Shown: positions 1 to 12,569 of the stretch, piece by piece
Position numbering within the stretch: position 1 is the stretch's first letter
Layout of the letters: each line of letters starts with the position of its first letter
Assembly (NCBI RefSeq): GCF_001194135.2
Contig: NC_068983.1
Location: 61,761,223-61,814,372, forward strand
Reading direction: 5' to 3'
Source: Octopus bimaculoides
Taxonomy: Eukaryota
Length of the DNA stretch: 53,150 bases
Position numbers and translations under genes: made by a program
Notes under the pieces: model-generated
Databases searched by the model: none
Told to the model about the DNA's origin: nothing
The model's input: only the letters and a program-made list of their open reading frames with translations

Positions 1-23
1 CTATCTATCTATCTATCTATCAA

Positions 24-118
24 TTTTTTTTTTCCTTCCTTCCCCCTCCCAAAAAGAAAAGCTCTACATTGTATTTGTCCCATCTTCGTTGAGCCCTGTG
101 TGGCTAATAAAAGAAATG
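24..118 (+). mobile_element. 3' tip (UTR with AATAAA) of the Tx1/L1-like LINE family, lying within (TATC)n
   Basis: aaagaaaagctctacattgtatttgtc...tgtgtggctaataaaagaaatgtatctat aligns by eye with the LINE 3' end at 13536-13627 (aaagaaacgctctactttgtattttgtc...tgtgtgactaataaagaaacatatctat). Confidence 0.6.
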
Positions 119-180
119 TATCTATCTATCTATCTATCTATCCGCCTGTCTGTCTGTCTGTTTGCTTGTCTGCCTGTCTG

Positions 181-248
<68 letters not shown>
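119..248. repeat. (TCTA)n/(TCTG)n compound microsatellite
   Basis: Directly visible; a further (TCTA)n run occupies 1-20. Confidence 0.95.
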
Positions 249-439
249 GTCTAACGACTAGAAGCTGAGTGTTTCTGCCTCCTGCATAGAACCGAACAGC
301 GATAGCAGCAGATATGAACTTCAACCCCGGAATATATTGTTGTTATTGTTACTATCTCTGCAGCCGAGTGCTTCCTCCTTTCTCTTATTCCTTTCTTTCC
401 AGAAAATCCTAAAATGATTTTCTCCCAAGAAAGTGTGTA

Positions 440-956
440 TCACACGTTGAAACTAAGCCTTTCTCTTTTACCATTCTGAATAATGTCTGATCTCTCAACG
501 AGTAAAGCTCATAGTCAACTCATGTTCATCGGGGGTGGGGTTTATTCAAGACATGAAGCTCCTTGGGGACATCACTCAACCGTATGTTTGCATCCACCAC
601 GTTCTCGTAGTGCCGCATAAAAGTCACGACATGCTAAGAATAAATGCTCCTGATGATATATCTGGCCGTTATCTTGATATTTCAGAAACACACAGCACCA
701 GGTTTAGGGTTGGCTTCTGTCGTGCCAACTGAACTAGTTTTTTTTATCTGATTGTCGATCTTAAAGACCAGCCACGTGCACTAATGTTTCCTGAAGTACA
801 CATTCTCCTACACATTTGTCTGGGGTTCTCAGAGAAGAAGGTGGAGAAAACCCAGACCGATGTGTCTTTCCAATGGTTTGAATAGACCTCTGAAGAAAAA
901 GATAGATTGAAGAATTTAGCGAAAATAGGGAAATTATGGTTAATTATATCGCTCAA
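440..956 (-). mobile_element. Possible very old Jockey/CR1-like LINE reverse transcriptase relic
   Basis: Minus-strand FPIFAKFFNLSFSSEVYSNHWKDTSV resembles the pre-RT motif PILAKLFNLSL...FP..WK.A.V. Downstream DFYAALRERGG loosely resembles the segment before LDISKAFD. Many stops. Confidence 0.3.
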
Positions 957-1087
957 AGTGTTATATTGATAATGTTTTATTGACTGAATATAGGTGAAAG
1001 GTAAAATTAATTTCAGTAGGATTCGGATACAAAAACAGCCATAAAACGATACTAAATAACGTAAAATATTTCACCCAACAACCTACT

Positions 1088-1244
1088 AACGTCATCAATG
1101 AATAACTCTAGGCAAATTCACCATAATAATTTATTACTAGCAATGTTAAATCTCTGAACGAGGTATAAACAGCAGCTGCACGACAACGTGAAGTATATTT
1201 GCCACTTATGGTGAATTTGCCTAGAGTTATTCATTGATGACGTT
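1088..1244. mobile_element. 157-bp MITE-like fold-back with perfect 39-bp inverted repeats
   Basis: 1088-1126 aacgtcatcaatgaataactctaggcaaattcaccataa is the exact reverse complement of 1206-1244. The spacer is 79 bp and a CT dinucleotide flanks both sides. Confidence 0.7.
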
Positions 1245-1249
1245 CTAGA

Positions 1250-2881
1250 AAAATGATCAAACATCCCGACCTTTCCTCAGCTATAAGACTTGTTCCTTGC
1301 TCAGATAATCTCCCTGCCCCTACACACCCAGCAAATAAGTATCTTCTTCCTTCATCAGATGAAGAAATGACTTCAGCGGACGATTCTGCCAAGTCGATCT
1401 CTTCTAAAGACAATGTCTCTGTTTATTCAGAAGCAAGTGGCAATGAGCCCCACTGGATCACGCAAGAAGCCCAGAATAACCTTGCCCGTGATCTTTATCT
1501 ATCTAAGCGGCAGTCAGAAATCCTGGCATCCTGGCTTAAGCAATGGAACTTTTTAGTTGGGAAGATGTAAGGATAACCAGTTTCAGAACACGGAACCAGG
1601 ACTTTGCTTCATTCTTTGACATGGAAAACAGGTTTACTATTGCACAAATGTATCTAGCTTGTTAACCTTCCTTGGTTTCCCATCATAACCCCTCAGACTG
1701 GCATCTTTTCATAGACTCTTCCAATGAAGTCTGAAGGCTGTACTCCCTGCACAAATGGAAAAAATACGCTAGCTTTCCCATTGCCTACTCAGTCCATCTG
1801 AAGGAGTCGTATGACAATATGGAGCTCCTTTTGGGAGCTGTCAAATACGAACAGTATCAGTGGAGTCTCTGTGGGGACCTCTAGGTAACTGGGCTTCTTA
1901 TGGGTATGCAAGTGGGCTTCACAAAGAACTGTTGTTTTCTCTGGCTCTAGGACAGTCGGGCTGTGACCAAGCACTACAAGCAGAAGGAGCACTTTCATGC
2001 CTAGTGAACAGAGTGTCCAAGAAAATCCTCTGGTGGACATGGACAAGGTGCTTCTTCCACCTCTTTATATCGAGCTTGGTTTAGTGAAGACCATGGACAA
2101 AAATGGCGGTGCCTTTCAACGCTTGTGCACTTTGTTCCCAGCTCTGAGTTCTGCTAAGCTCAAGGTGGGCATCTTCGTCGGATCTCAGATCCGAGACGTG
2201 CTGAAGTATAAGGACTTTGAGGAGTTTCTTACCTTAAAGGAACTGAGAGCATGGGAAGCATTTAAGTCAGTCTGCCATGGCTTTCTTGGTAACACATAGG
2301 TACTAGATTACCAAGAGTGTATCAAGAAGTTGTTACAGTCTTATGAGGGTATGGGATGCCGAATGTAACTAAAAATTCACTTTCTCCACTCCCACCTCAA
2401 CTACTTCTTTCCAAAGCTCGGAGCAGTGAGTGATAGAGAAATGTTACACCAAGATATTAATAAATAGGGGAGAGCTACTATTAATAAGGTGGAACCCCAG
2501 CATGATGGGGGACTTTTGCTGGATGCTCTTGCGTGACATCTCGGAGGCAAAGTACACAAGCTCATCCAAAAAATCTCACTTCTAACTGTCTGCTTTACTA
2601 TGCTTTGTGTGTATTGTATTATCCAAGTAGTTTAGTTCCATCAGTGTTCTGTATCTATGCTGTTTTTTTTATCTGCAATATGCCTTTGTAACAGATGAAT
2701 TAGACACGTTACGTTTTGAATTTCTATGCAGTGTAATTAAAATGGGATATGTGAAAGCAAAAATATCTAGAGATGATAGAGCAGAACTGTTCAGAAAATT
2801 GAATTCACAACACCAAATTAGTAAAAAAACACCTATTCACATCCTTGCCTCAGAGCAAAGATAAATTTTTGCAAACTAGTG
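1250..2881 (+). mobile_element. 5'-truncated, degenerate Chapaev3-type (CMC) DNA transposon
   Basis: Across frameshifts and stops: KHPDLSSAIR.VP, LARDLYLSKRQSEILAS.LKQWN, W.LFIDSS, LCGDL, KVLLPPLYIELGL, LSSAKLKVGIFVGSQIR, AWEAFKSVCHGFLGN, KIHFLHSHL, LGAVSD...HQDI. The element ends ...gcaaactaGTG followed by TAA, consistent with the CAC..GTG termini and TWA target duplication of Chapaev3. Left end not found. Confidence 0.75.
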
Positions 2882-4719
2882 TAACCATTTTGACATCTGG
2901 ACTTTCAACTCTGCACCATTACCGGCAGTTGCGAGCGTTGGGATTATGCGGAGATGAAGTATTTTTTTATCTAACTAACCACTCTCCTGGTATAACTTTT
3001 CTATAGGACGATCTCTTCATCCTCTTCATCAGATATAATGGCAGGTGTCAGTCACCAGATTCTATTTCCGTTTGAACATTTACCCAAGGACATATTTTTC
3101 GACATATTTAGACATATTTAGACAATGCTTATTAAGAATGTCAAAGGTTTTATGATGCCATCATCGCCTTTCAGGAACTTTTGGTCAGTGCATGAGGTAA
3201 ACCTATTCTGGTGTTCATGCACCTACAAGTTACAAGGCACCTATATTTATTATCCAATACCTCAGCTGGTAATAGCAAAAACAGAAAAAATGTTCATTTA
3301 CCTTCCCGCCTTATGGTATTCCTGGTTTTCCTGAAAAACTCCCTGTCTACATGTGCAATGGTACTATTCAAGTTAGCTTTACACTGTAGCGACAGCATAA
3401 GCGCTTATGCATTTTAACTGCCCACATTGTAGCTGTTCACTTTTAACTACCCATTTTGGTTCACTACGCGATGGTCAGATCCATTTAGCGTTGCTTGGAC
3501 GGCTCACATCTTTAACATAATGGATTAGCGTCTGTTCGTCAGTTATAAAATGGGAAGTTCTAGATAGCAAAGTCCTCAGGCGGGAGAGTTTTGCTACGAG
3601 CGACCTGGGACCTTGACGTGAAAACAATATTGATTTCAATTTGTAGTTTTCAATTTGAACAGACTTCAAACCAGAATCCTTGACGTTATACTTAGCGTTC
3701 TGCCAACCTTTGAGTACAAGTAACCACGATTATTGTGTTACAGTATTTTAGGTTTTTCGTTTACCTCTATTCTACATTTTGACGAGCATTTAAATATATA
3801 TAATGTTTTGACAACCAAACTGTCTTAACAGTTTGCTTCATTCAATTTCTGAAGTTGTAATAAATGTTTCTTTGCGGTCTATTGCAATTTGTCTCTGAAT
3901 TTGTTTATTACTGTCCATCTTGAATTCATTTAACATACCTTACTTCAATTCATACATCCACATGCATACTTACAGCTACAACACTATTTAACACTGTTTT
4001 TCGCCGTCTTGGCAGTAGTTGTTGTTGTAGTGTAATAGCGAAATCAATACAGCAATTGCTCATTGCCATAGAAGCACATAGGTAGTGTTGGTTGCTGCGC
4101 GGACTCATTTATGTCTCAATTAAACAACTGTTGCTGTCGCTGATCATTATGCTATATTTGTTACTGCACAGGAATTGCCGCACATTTCTTCACTCAGGAA
4201 TTTTGTTTGAAATAGCTGTCCCACGTCTTCGTTAAAGCATACAACTAATCTCCAGGTTTTATCAGCATTTTCGTTTTTATCCTTGCTTCTGTTATAATTG
4301 TTAGCGTTGCTTTTTTGCTGTTGCTTCTGTTGTTGTTACTGCTGCTGCTGTTTCTTAATTGTTGTTGCAAATTTTATCTTCATATAAGGTTTCTGAGGCT
4401 GTAACGCTTCTCTATATTTCTTTACTCTCAAATTCCCTACCTTTCTTTTATGCTTTCTCCTCTTCTCTCGTTGCTTTGTATTTTTGGGATGCACATTATT
4501 ATTACTTGTTATGTACTTTAAAATTTTGATGTTAAAAATCGACCTAGCATAAATTTCAAATTAAGAACACACATATCTTTCCGGAGGGTAATCTTACAAT
4601 TAAATTTGACTCGTCAAGACTGAACAAATTTTCTTCTATACCTTATTATACAGGTTAAAAAGAGACGAGTTGACGGTTAATGTGACATCCTAATACGGCG
4701 GTTTAAGCAACGGCGAAAG

Positions 4720-5085
4720 AAAGAGGGGAGGAGTGTGATTAGAGAAGAAAAAAGTGAGGAAGAAGTAAGGAAAGATGTATAAGGCCAAATGCGTCACGTG
4801 GTTAGTTGAAGGGAAAGGCAAAGAGCGAAAGAAAACGACGGTAAGAGAAAAGAGGGTGAGAGGAAAGAGGGAGAGACAAGTGCTAACGACGTGATATAGG
4901 GTGGAGAGGGAAGGTAAAGAGAAAAAGTTATGTTTAGGATACAATATTCAGTAGAGGGTGATGTTAGGGTGGTGAAGTTAGAGAAAGGCAGAAAAAGATG
5001 GCAAGGAGAGGCAGTTACATTACGAGAGAGAGAGGGAGAGAGGGAGAGGAGAGAGAGAAAGAGAAAGAGAGAGAGATGCAGACAG
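4720..5085. repeat. Purine-rich (GA/GGA) low-complexity tract
   Basis: Directly visible; it explains the spurious ORFs at 4690-4944 and 4930-5151. Confidence 0.8.
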
Positions 5086-5359
5086 CGTTCGTATTACCAG
5101 ATCAGAGATACATCGACAGTAAGAAAAAGTAGAAATGAGCTTTGTTACTGAAAACTGTAGTGATGATGATGGTGGTAGTTGTAGTGATGATGGTGATAGG
5201 GAAAATTTAGCTAAATAGAAAAAAATCTATTGAGCTAAATCTATAATATTCTTCTTCTTCTTGTTTGTTCACATTTTACACTTTAGTTTGTTAGGGAAGA
5301 GGAGGAGGTGGAGTGCAAGAGAGGAAGAGGGAATGTGAGAGTGAATGAGAGAGCAGATA

Positions 5360-5700
5360 GCCAGCCGATGCCTTATACTGTTACTCATGGTGTTAGTGGA
5401 AGTGAGAGGTGAAGAGAAAGAGAGAAATGTTAAAGGCATGAAGAGGAGAATTGCATGGTTAAAAAGTTTGTTGAAGAGGTAGAGAGAAATAGAGAAATGT
5501 ATAGTGCTTAGAAGAGGGAAATTTTAAAATCGTATATGTATTATTGTGACTGGAAGTAAAATAACTGAACAAAATAAAAATAAAAATGCAAATCATCTTT
5601 CTTAAATATCTTCTATTAATCTTTTTCCTTCCAAGGGTCCCACTAGTATATATCAAGAGTGAGAGAGGAAGAGTGATAGAGAGGTACAGAGAGAGAGAGA

Positions 5701-5762
<62 letters not shown>

Positions 5763-6431
5763 NNNNNNNNNNNNNNNNNNNNNNNNNNNNNNNNNNNNNN
5801 NNNNNNNNNNNNNNNNNNNNNNNNNNNNNNNNNNNNNNNNNNNNNNNNNNNNNNNNNNNNNNNNNNNNNNNNNNNNNNNNNNNNNNNNNNNNNNNNNNNN
5901 NNNNNNNNNNNNNNNNNNNNNNNNNNNNNNNNNNNNNNNNNNNNNNNNNNNNNNNNNNNNNNNNNNNNNNNNNNNNNNNNNNNNNNNNNNNNNNNNNNNN
6001 NNNNNNNNNNNNNNNNNNNNNNNNNNNNNNNNNNNNNNNNNNNNNNNNNNNNNNNNNNNNNNNNNNNNNNNNNNNNNNNNNNNNNNNNNNNNNNNNNNNN
6101 NNNNNNNNNNNNNNNNNNNNNNNNNNNNNNNNNNNNNNNNNNNNNNNNNNNNNNNNNNNNNNNNNNNNNNNNNNNNGAGAGAGAGAGAGAGAGCGTGTGT
6201 GTGAAGCGAGAGTAGCGACATTATTGCCAGCCGATGCATGAAGGTGACGTGCTAGTGGAAGTGAGAAGTGAAGAGAGAGCAAGTGAGGAATGTTAACAAC
6301 GTGAAGAGAAGAATGACATGGTTGAAAAGTTTGTTTCAGTAAGAGCTAGAGGAAACAGAAAGAGAGAGACAGAGAGAAATATAAAGTGTTTTGCAGCGAG
6401 AAATTTTAAGCATCATGTATGATTGTGACTG
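5360..6431 (+). repeat. Diverged ~200-bp direct repeat pair (5360-5552 and 6226-6431) bracketing a (GA)n tract and gap
   Basis: Collinear shared anchors: gccagccgatgc, tagtggaagtgaga, catggtt.aaaagtttgtt, gaaattttaa, attgtgactg. Confidence 0.75.
5688..6192. repeat. (GA)n microsatellite spanning an assembly gap
   Basis: (GA)n on both sides of the N-run 5763-6176. Confidence 0.9.
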
Positions 6432-6440
6432 ACAAGAAAA

Positions 6441-6491
6441 TGATGTAGCCATACCATTGATGTAACCATACCATTGATATAGCCATACCAA
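6441..6491. repeat. Three-copy 17-bp tandem repeat
   Basis: tgatgtagccataccat / tgatgtaaccataccat / tgatatagccataccaa, immediately upstream of the R4/Dong fragment. Confidence 0.85.
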
Positions 6492-6864
6492 ATGACATGA
6501 ATGTCGTGAGTAAAGAGGTTGAAAAAAAAAAATCACCAGGTACTCCAAATTGAAAGTGGAAAAGGCAAGACTATGGAATGCAAGAGGGGAATTTAAAAGT
6601 GATACCAGTGGTGATCGGAGCGTTGGACTCAATCCCATTGAAACTTCAAAACTTCTTAAGGCAACTGGAAATCCCATGCAGGATTGATGTCTTGCAAAAA
6701 GTAACCTTATTGAGCACAGCGCCCATCTTAAGGAAAGTATTATCTGTCAGGTCCTTTTTGTGACTTGACAGATGACGAAAGACTCCGATGCATTTTAACG
6801 TACATTGTATTACGAAGGAATAATAATAATAGTAGTAGTAGTAATAATAATAATAATAATAATG

Positions 6865-6923
<59 letters not shown>
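6492..6923 (+). mobile_element. 5'-truncated R4/Dong LINE 3' end (restriction-like endonuclease C-terminus, UTR, (TAA)n tail)
   Basis: KVIPVVIGALDSIPLKLQNFLRQLEIPCRIDVLQKVTLLSTAPILRKVL is the typical R4/Dong ORF end; (TAA)n follows at about 6820-6923. Confidence 0.85.
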
Positions 6924-6924
<1 letters not shown>

Positions 6925-7206
6925 GGCAATAAGAAGAGCGATGCGATTGTAATAGATTGTTTATTGGATTGAACGATATTTCAGGAGCTCGTTTNNNNNN
7001 NNNNNNNNNNNNNNNNNNNNNNNNNNNNNNNNNNNNNNNNNNNNNNNNNNNNNNNNNNNNNNNNNNNNNNNNNNNNNNNNNNNNNNNNNNNNNNNNNNNN
7101 NNNNNNNNNNNNNNNNNNNNNNNNNNNNNNNNNNNNNNNNNNNNNNNNNNNNNNNNNNNNNNNNNNNNNNNNNNNNNNNNNNNNNNNNNNNNNNNNNNNN
7201 NNNNNN

Positions 7207-7258
<52 letters not shown>

Positions 7259-7268
7259 TATTATTATT

Positions 7269-7482
7269 AAGACGGTGAGCTGGCAGAATCGTTAGCGCGC
7301 TGGACGAAATGCTTAGTGAATTTTCGCCCGTCGCTACGTTCTGAGTTCAGATTCCGCCGAGTTCGACTTTGGCTTTCATCATTCCGGAGTCGATAAAATA
7401 CGTACCAGTTGAACACTGGGGTCGATCTAATCGACTAGTCTCCTCTTCCAAAATCGCTGCCCTTGTGGCAAAATTTGAAACC
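7269..7482 (+). mobile_element. tRNA-derived SINE family A (OR2-like, label tentative), embedded in (TTA)n
   Basis: A-box-like gagctggcagaatcgttag and B-box-like gagttcagattccg, body gactttggctttcatc...gtcgataaaatacgtaccag. Homologous to 8444-8657; (TTA)n on both flanks. Confidence 0.85.
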
Positions 7483-7534
7483 ATTGTTATTATTATTATT
7501 ATTATTATTGATGATGATAATAGCAGCATCAAGA

Positions 7535-7733
7535 AATGCATGAGGCTTGAGTTTTGGGAGGAAGGTGTTAGTCGATTAAATCGACTCCAATACTTCAAAG
7601 GTACTTTATGTAATCGATCTCAAAAGAATGAAAGACGTTAACCTCGGTGAGATTTGAATTAAGAACGTAAAGCGCCGGAAATACTGCAAGGCATTCTCAA
7701 CTATTCCCGGACGATCCGCCATTCTACCACGTT
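7535..7733 (-). mobile_element. SINE family A, older copy in inverted orientation
   Basis: The reverse complement is collinear with family A (agtcgattaaatcgactcca, ggtacttt, aatcgat, gaaag, gatttgaattaagaacgta, gcatt). Confidence 0.7.
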
Positions 7734-7772
7734 TCATTCTACCACTGTCACTATCACTGCTGCTGCTGCTGT

Positions 7773-7805
<33 letters not shown>

Positions 7806-8443
7806 CTATACTGCTGCTGCTGACGATGATATTGATGATGTTGCTAGTGGTGGAGATAGTGATGGAGAAGGTGGGGTGGAAATAGTATTGGTGTTGACGG
7901 TGTTTGTATTGATGGTAATGTTGTTCTTCAGGATAATGCCAGTCACGACATTAATGTGTGCTGAACTCTGTAATCAATAAATACATTCATTCAGGTTCGT
8001 TTACAATTAGTTATGAACGAATACATGAATAGCTAGCCACTTACAGCGTCACCTGATAATACAGGCTGTCTTTTGAACTTTGAACGAAGAAGGGATTCTT
8101 ACATGACAGAAATTCTCTAGTAGAGCACACAAATATTTGTAAAACATTTGTGTAAATATGGTGATGTAAGGCACAATGATCATGGGAGATGAGTTTCCAA
8201 GTAAGGTAAACAACGGGAATTATTGGTCACACCATCGTCGTAAATAATTGGCCTTTTTATTTTCAGGGTAGCTAGATATTACCGAACAAGTATATTTGTC
8301 TAAAGTCAATGATTTGTTCAAAATAACAAACGCTTTTGTACGAAGACCATCACGATTCGAGATCGAAAAGGAGACATACGAAGCTTAATTTCAGATCATC
8401 ATTTCTAACTAGTCGAACATTCTGTGAATATGATCCACTTATT

Positions 8444-8657
8444 AAGACGGCGAGCTGGCAGAAACGTTTGCACGCCGGGCGAAATGCTTAGCGGTATTTC
8501 GTCTGTCTACGTTCTGAGTTCAAATCCCGCCTTTATCGACTTTGCCTTTCATCCTTTCGGGGTCGATATATTAAGTACCAGTTGTGTACTGGGGTTGATC
8601 TAATCGATTGGCCCCCTCCTCCAAAATTTCGGGCATTTTGCCTAGAGTAGAAAAGAA
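8444..8657 (+). mobile_element. SINE family A
   Basis: aagacggcgagctggcagaaacg...gttctgagttcaaatcccgcc...gactttgcctttcatcctttcggggtcgat...aagtaccagttg. Confidence 0.9.
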
Positions 8658-11544
8658 TATGTTCCACTTATTGAAAAGACCAGAGTCTCGTTGTGAAAAC
8701 AGGAAATACACGTTATATGGGTTTTCATCACCAGACACAAACCATTACATTCAGTGTGGAAGTCAAAGCACTATTATGCTTTTCTAAAAATAATTTCCCA
8801 TGTAGTTTTTACTTTTTGGGACTGAAATTATTATACAAATTTTGAAAGTAATAATCCTTCACTATTAGTTACTGCAGTTATAACAGCTACGAAACCAAAC
8901 CAAACTAGCACAATGTTAAACGTGTAGCTATAGCTCTTGGGATGGAACTGGTAAAAAATGTAATAAAATTAGAAAATAAAGTTTACACAAAACAAATGCC
9001 CACAAAGTTCAGTTCGTTAGTGTAGCGAGTTGTAATCTATTTTATTCTAAAACAGAATCAACATTAAACGAAGTTATGAATCCTAAAAATTTAGATACAA
9101 TTGACTAAAGGAGAGGGAAAACATGAATAAGAAAGTAGCAAAAACAGAAATAGCAACAGCACTATAAATGACAGCAAAAAACCCACTAAGACCAGCAATA
9201 ATAATAAAATCATCATAATTATCAGCAACAAATTTAACAGCCTGAATAGTAGTAATAGTGACAACTATTGCGTCAATGTCATTATCATTTTTGGTTCTGC
9301 GCCGCAAATTACTTTGTTAGTTGATTTACTCATATAAGTAAATTTGATTACAAATAAATTTTATTAGAAGCTCCATATTTGATGGTGTTTGCTGCATTGA
9401 AATTTTTTGTTATGAAAGTGTTATATAATGGTGACTTTATATTTTAGTCATCAGACGTCGGCGGTGGTTCGTGATTTATGCGTCTTAGAGAGATCATATT
9501 TCTTCGTTATTTTTTCATAAAACTTCTGATATATTTTATTTATGAGCAACAAGGGAATGAAGAAATTATAAATGAAAATATATGAATGGGAGTTATTTCT
9601 AATTTGGTAGAAGATAAATTCTCATTAATATTCTGGGTAGTCAATAGAAAGTAGTCAAAGTACCACTAGAATGATTCTCGTGATGTTAAAATTTAATTGA
9701 TATCCCTCTACCATCATCGTGATATATGTGAAGGGTATTCATTATACGTAAGAAAGTCGTATGACATCACTGTAATAAACAAGTCATTTTCATCAAGATT
9801 TCGAATCAAGATGGAAATGAAAATTTAGGTTATATGGTGAAATTAAAAATAACAAAATTGTAGTCTTCATAATTACCCTAAACTGTGCAAAAATTATATC
9901 ATCCGTGTAGCAAAAGTAAAGATATAATTACCAGATAATAGTAAACACCGGCATCTTTCGACCCTGTATTATGATTCTTAACCAATGACAATATTGCCAG
10001 AGAGAAGACGAAATGTTCAACTCTGAACTCAGATTATTTTGTTAAACAGATACCCCATTGTGTTGTAGGTAGTATTCTTTATGGAACATATCACTGTGCT
10101 GCAGAATGTCATTGTATTTTGTTGATTGAATGAATTATGCTGATTGCATATAATGAAAGCTGATTAAAAGTTTATGACAGGAAGGAAAGAAAGTGAGAGA
10201 AAAGGAGGGAGAGTGACTCAGTGTTTGAAAGCGAGACAATTTTTAATCAGTTGAGTATCATATACTTTCATGCATTGAAACTATAAGAAAAGTCGGCTTC
10301 TTAACTCAGACATCTTTCTTCCTGTCGTTTCATATACAAAGATTATCTAGATGTGAAGGGCTTCTTTGTCCATTTAAAAAAAAATTAAGATGTTAGTGTG
10401 AGATTTGTGAGATAAATATGGTTGGTATTCCTAACAGGCAAAAGAACTTTGTAGAGATTCCCTCGTTAGCTTATATAAATATATTAGTGCATGAGATCCT
10501 TTAAATTAAGGTTGGTCATAGCTATTTTTATAGAATGGTGCTGAACTACTCCGGTTACCGAGAAAATAAATACCAGCAACGTAATCATAAAAGCTTTAAA
10601 ATGTCTGGCATAGGTATTGACTGCTTTTATATTCATACAGCTATCTATATCTGTTAGAAAGTGCCTCGCAGCAGGAAGTTCTAATGACTTAACAGTATTA
10701 TAAGAAAGGATATATTTTGGAAGGGTTTGAAAGAGTAAAACTGAAATGAACAATGAAATAATGCAAGAACTAAAATGTTGGCAAATTGACAATAGTAATA
10801 TAAATTTGAATGATCAATAATGATAATATTTTACTCACAAAGACAATCTCCCTCAAAAAGTTGATTAAGTAATCATTCAGTTTCCAACACCGATAGAAAT
10901 AATGCCTGTCAGGTTAAAAGGATAAGTTCAAGTTAAATAAATGGCATAAAATCCTGTAAATAGAGAAGAAACGATGCCAAATATTACTCAATAGAATAAT
11001 AATTTACTTGCGGCCGAAGTCGATAGAAAGTAATTAATGTCGATATATGGGTCACAAATCTTTATAGGTAGCCATTGTATGTAGACAAAACTGATATTTA
11101 AATAATAATAGAGTAGGTTTAATTATTTTATTCTCGTCAGGCTTCGTTAGCGTAAGTATAGCTGTTACTATTGATTGTTGGCTCCGTAGTAACAGATTAC
11201 CATATAGACATGTTCGTAAAACGCACTGAGTGGAGAAGAGAAACGAAATTAATTGATAATTTAAGCATAAAGAAATGCTAGCCAGATATTTAAAATGATA
11301 TAACAATGGGTTTGATTGGTTCTAATGACTTCAGCACGATGATTAGAAAAAAGATTAGGCGTTCAGGTGACATCTGAACATATTTTACCTAAGCAAAGCA
11401 AGAGAGAGAACTCCGAACGGCTTAACTAAATAAGGAGGACATCTTAATAAACGCAAATTGAAATGAGAACCAGATAAGAGAATAAGAAAACCAAACTGGA
11501 CCGAGCCTACAATGAACCTCTATTCTTCTAGATCGAATTGTTAG

Positions 11545-11610
11545 AATAGCAACGAAATTTCCTTCATTACATGTCCCACCGTTCTAAAAGGGAAAGACAA
11601 ATTAGTTAAG
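11545..11610 (+). repeat. Short dispersed repeat (AATAGCAGCCAAAT-type), related pieces at ~40914-40945 and ~41098-41130
   Basis: Shared motif: agaatagcaacgaaatttccttca / aaatggcaaccaaatctccctcaaatca / gaatagcagccaaatttcccttaaatca. Confidence 0.45.
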
Positions 11611-11982
11611 GCATACTTTAGTACTTACTAATTAATGTAATGTTCTTGAGCAAATCCCTTCATTTTATGCTGTTCTAACTAGCTGGGTACTGGTGCTGCC
11701 CCCTCTCTCCACAGTGATTAGATGCCTAATATTTTATTAGGTCAACGATGAGAGGGACAGGTGGGTGTCTATATCTGTTACCACTGCATGTGAACCTAAA
11801 ACAATTAGCAGAAGTATGGTACACACATGCTTCCTTACTCGTTCGTAAGTGACGGCTCCTGTACTATAAGCATGCATGCATGTTACATACGTGAATATAT
11901 ACACATGCATACACATATATATGTAAGCTGATTGAAAAATTTCCTTAACATTTCAATGGTCTCTCTATATATATCTTTATCT

Positions 11983-11984
<2 letters not shown>

Positions 11985-12056
<72 letters not shown>
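11985..12056. repeat. (TCTA)n microsatellite
   Basis: Directly visible. Confidence 0.95.
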
Positions 12057-12057
<1 letters not shown>

Positions 12058-12369
12058 GCAACATATCTGGACGGACGCTAGTCAAATGGTCTCCACGGAA
12101 GTTGGCTATTTTTGCATGTTTAAAAGTTTAATTGTCGAAAGTTTTCTGTTTAAAAGTTGTGCAACAACATTCACTTCAAAACTTGATAAATATTTACATA
12201 GAATTTCGTCCATGTGTGGGCGAAATTTCCAAAATTTTGAAGGCTTTCGTGGATTTATTTTAGCCATTTTTCATTTCGAAAATGGCGACTGGAAACCACG
12301 AGGCGCTGAAAACAACAAGAAAACTTCCCTAACTTACTGCTACCATTAGCCGCTGAACCTGACAGCTTG

Positions 12370-12380
12370 AACGCCGCTGT

Positions 12381-12416
<36 letters not shown>

Positions 12417-12530
12417 CAGCAAAACTTATGCCGCAAAGCCATCCACCACCACCGCTACCAAAGACACCAACTCTGCCGTCAACACCAACACCACCACTAC
12501 AACTTCCGCTGCTACAACTACCTCCTCTGG
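12370..12530. repeat. (ACC/AAC)-rich low-complexity tract
   Basis: Directly visible; it produces the Thr/Asn-rich pseudo-ORF 12367-12651. Confidence 0.8.
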
Positions 12531-12569
12531 TACACAAATGATCCGTTTGCTGCCAACACCCGTTAAATG

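Noticed and set aside
3300-4300. Minus-strand peptides (YHCTCRQG; DKTWRLVVCFNEDVGQLF) faintly like SWIM or transposase motifs
   Set aside because: Too short, stop-ridden and not collinear with any family I can name.
11715-11760. Acceptor (ctctctccacAG) and donor (cagGTGGGT) defining a 46-nt exon
   Set aside because: Stops occur in all three frames and there is no other support.
12263-12286. 8-bp hairpin gccatttt/aaaatggc, possibly inside a MITE
   Set aside because: No terminal inverted repeats or second copy found in the window.
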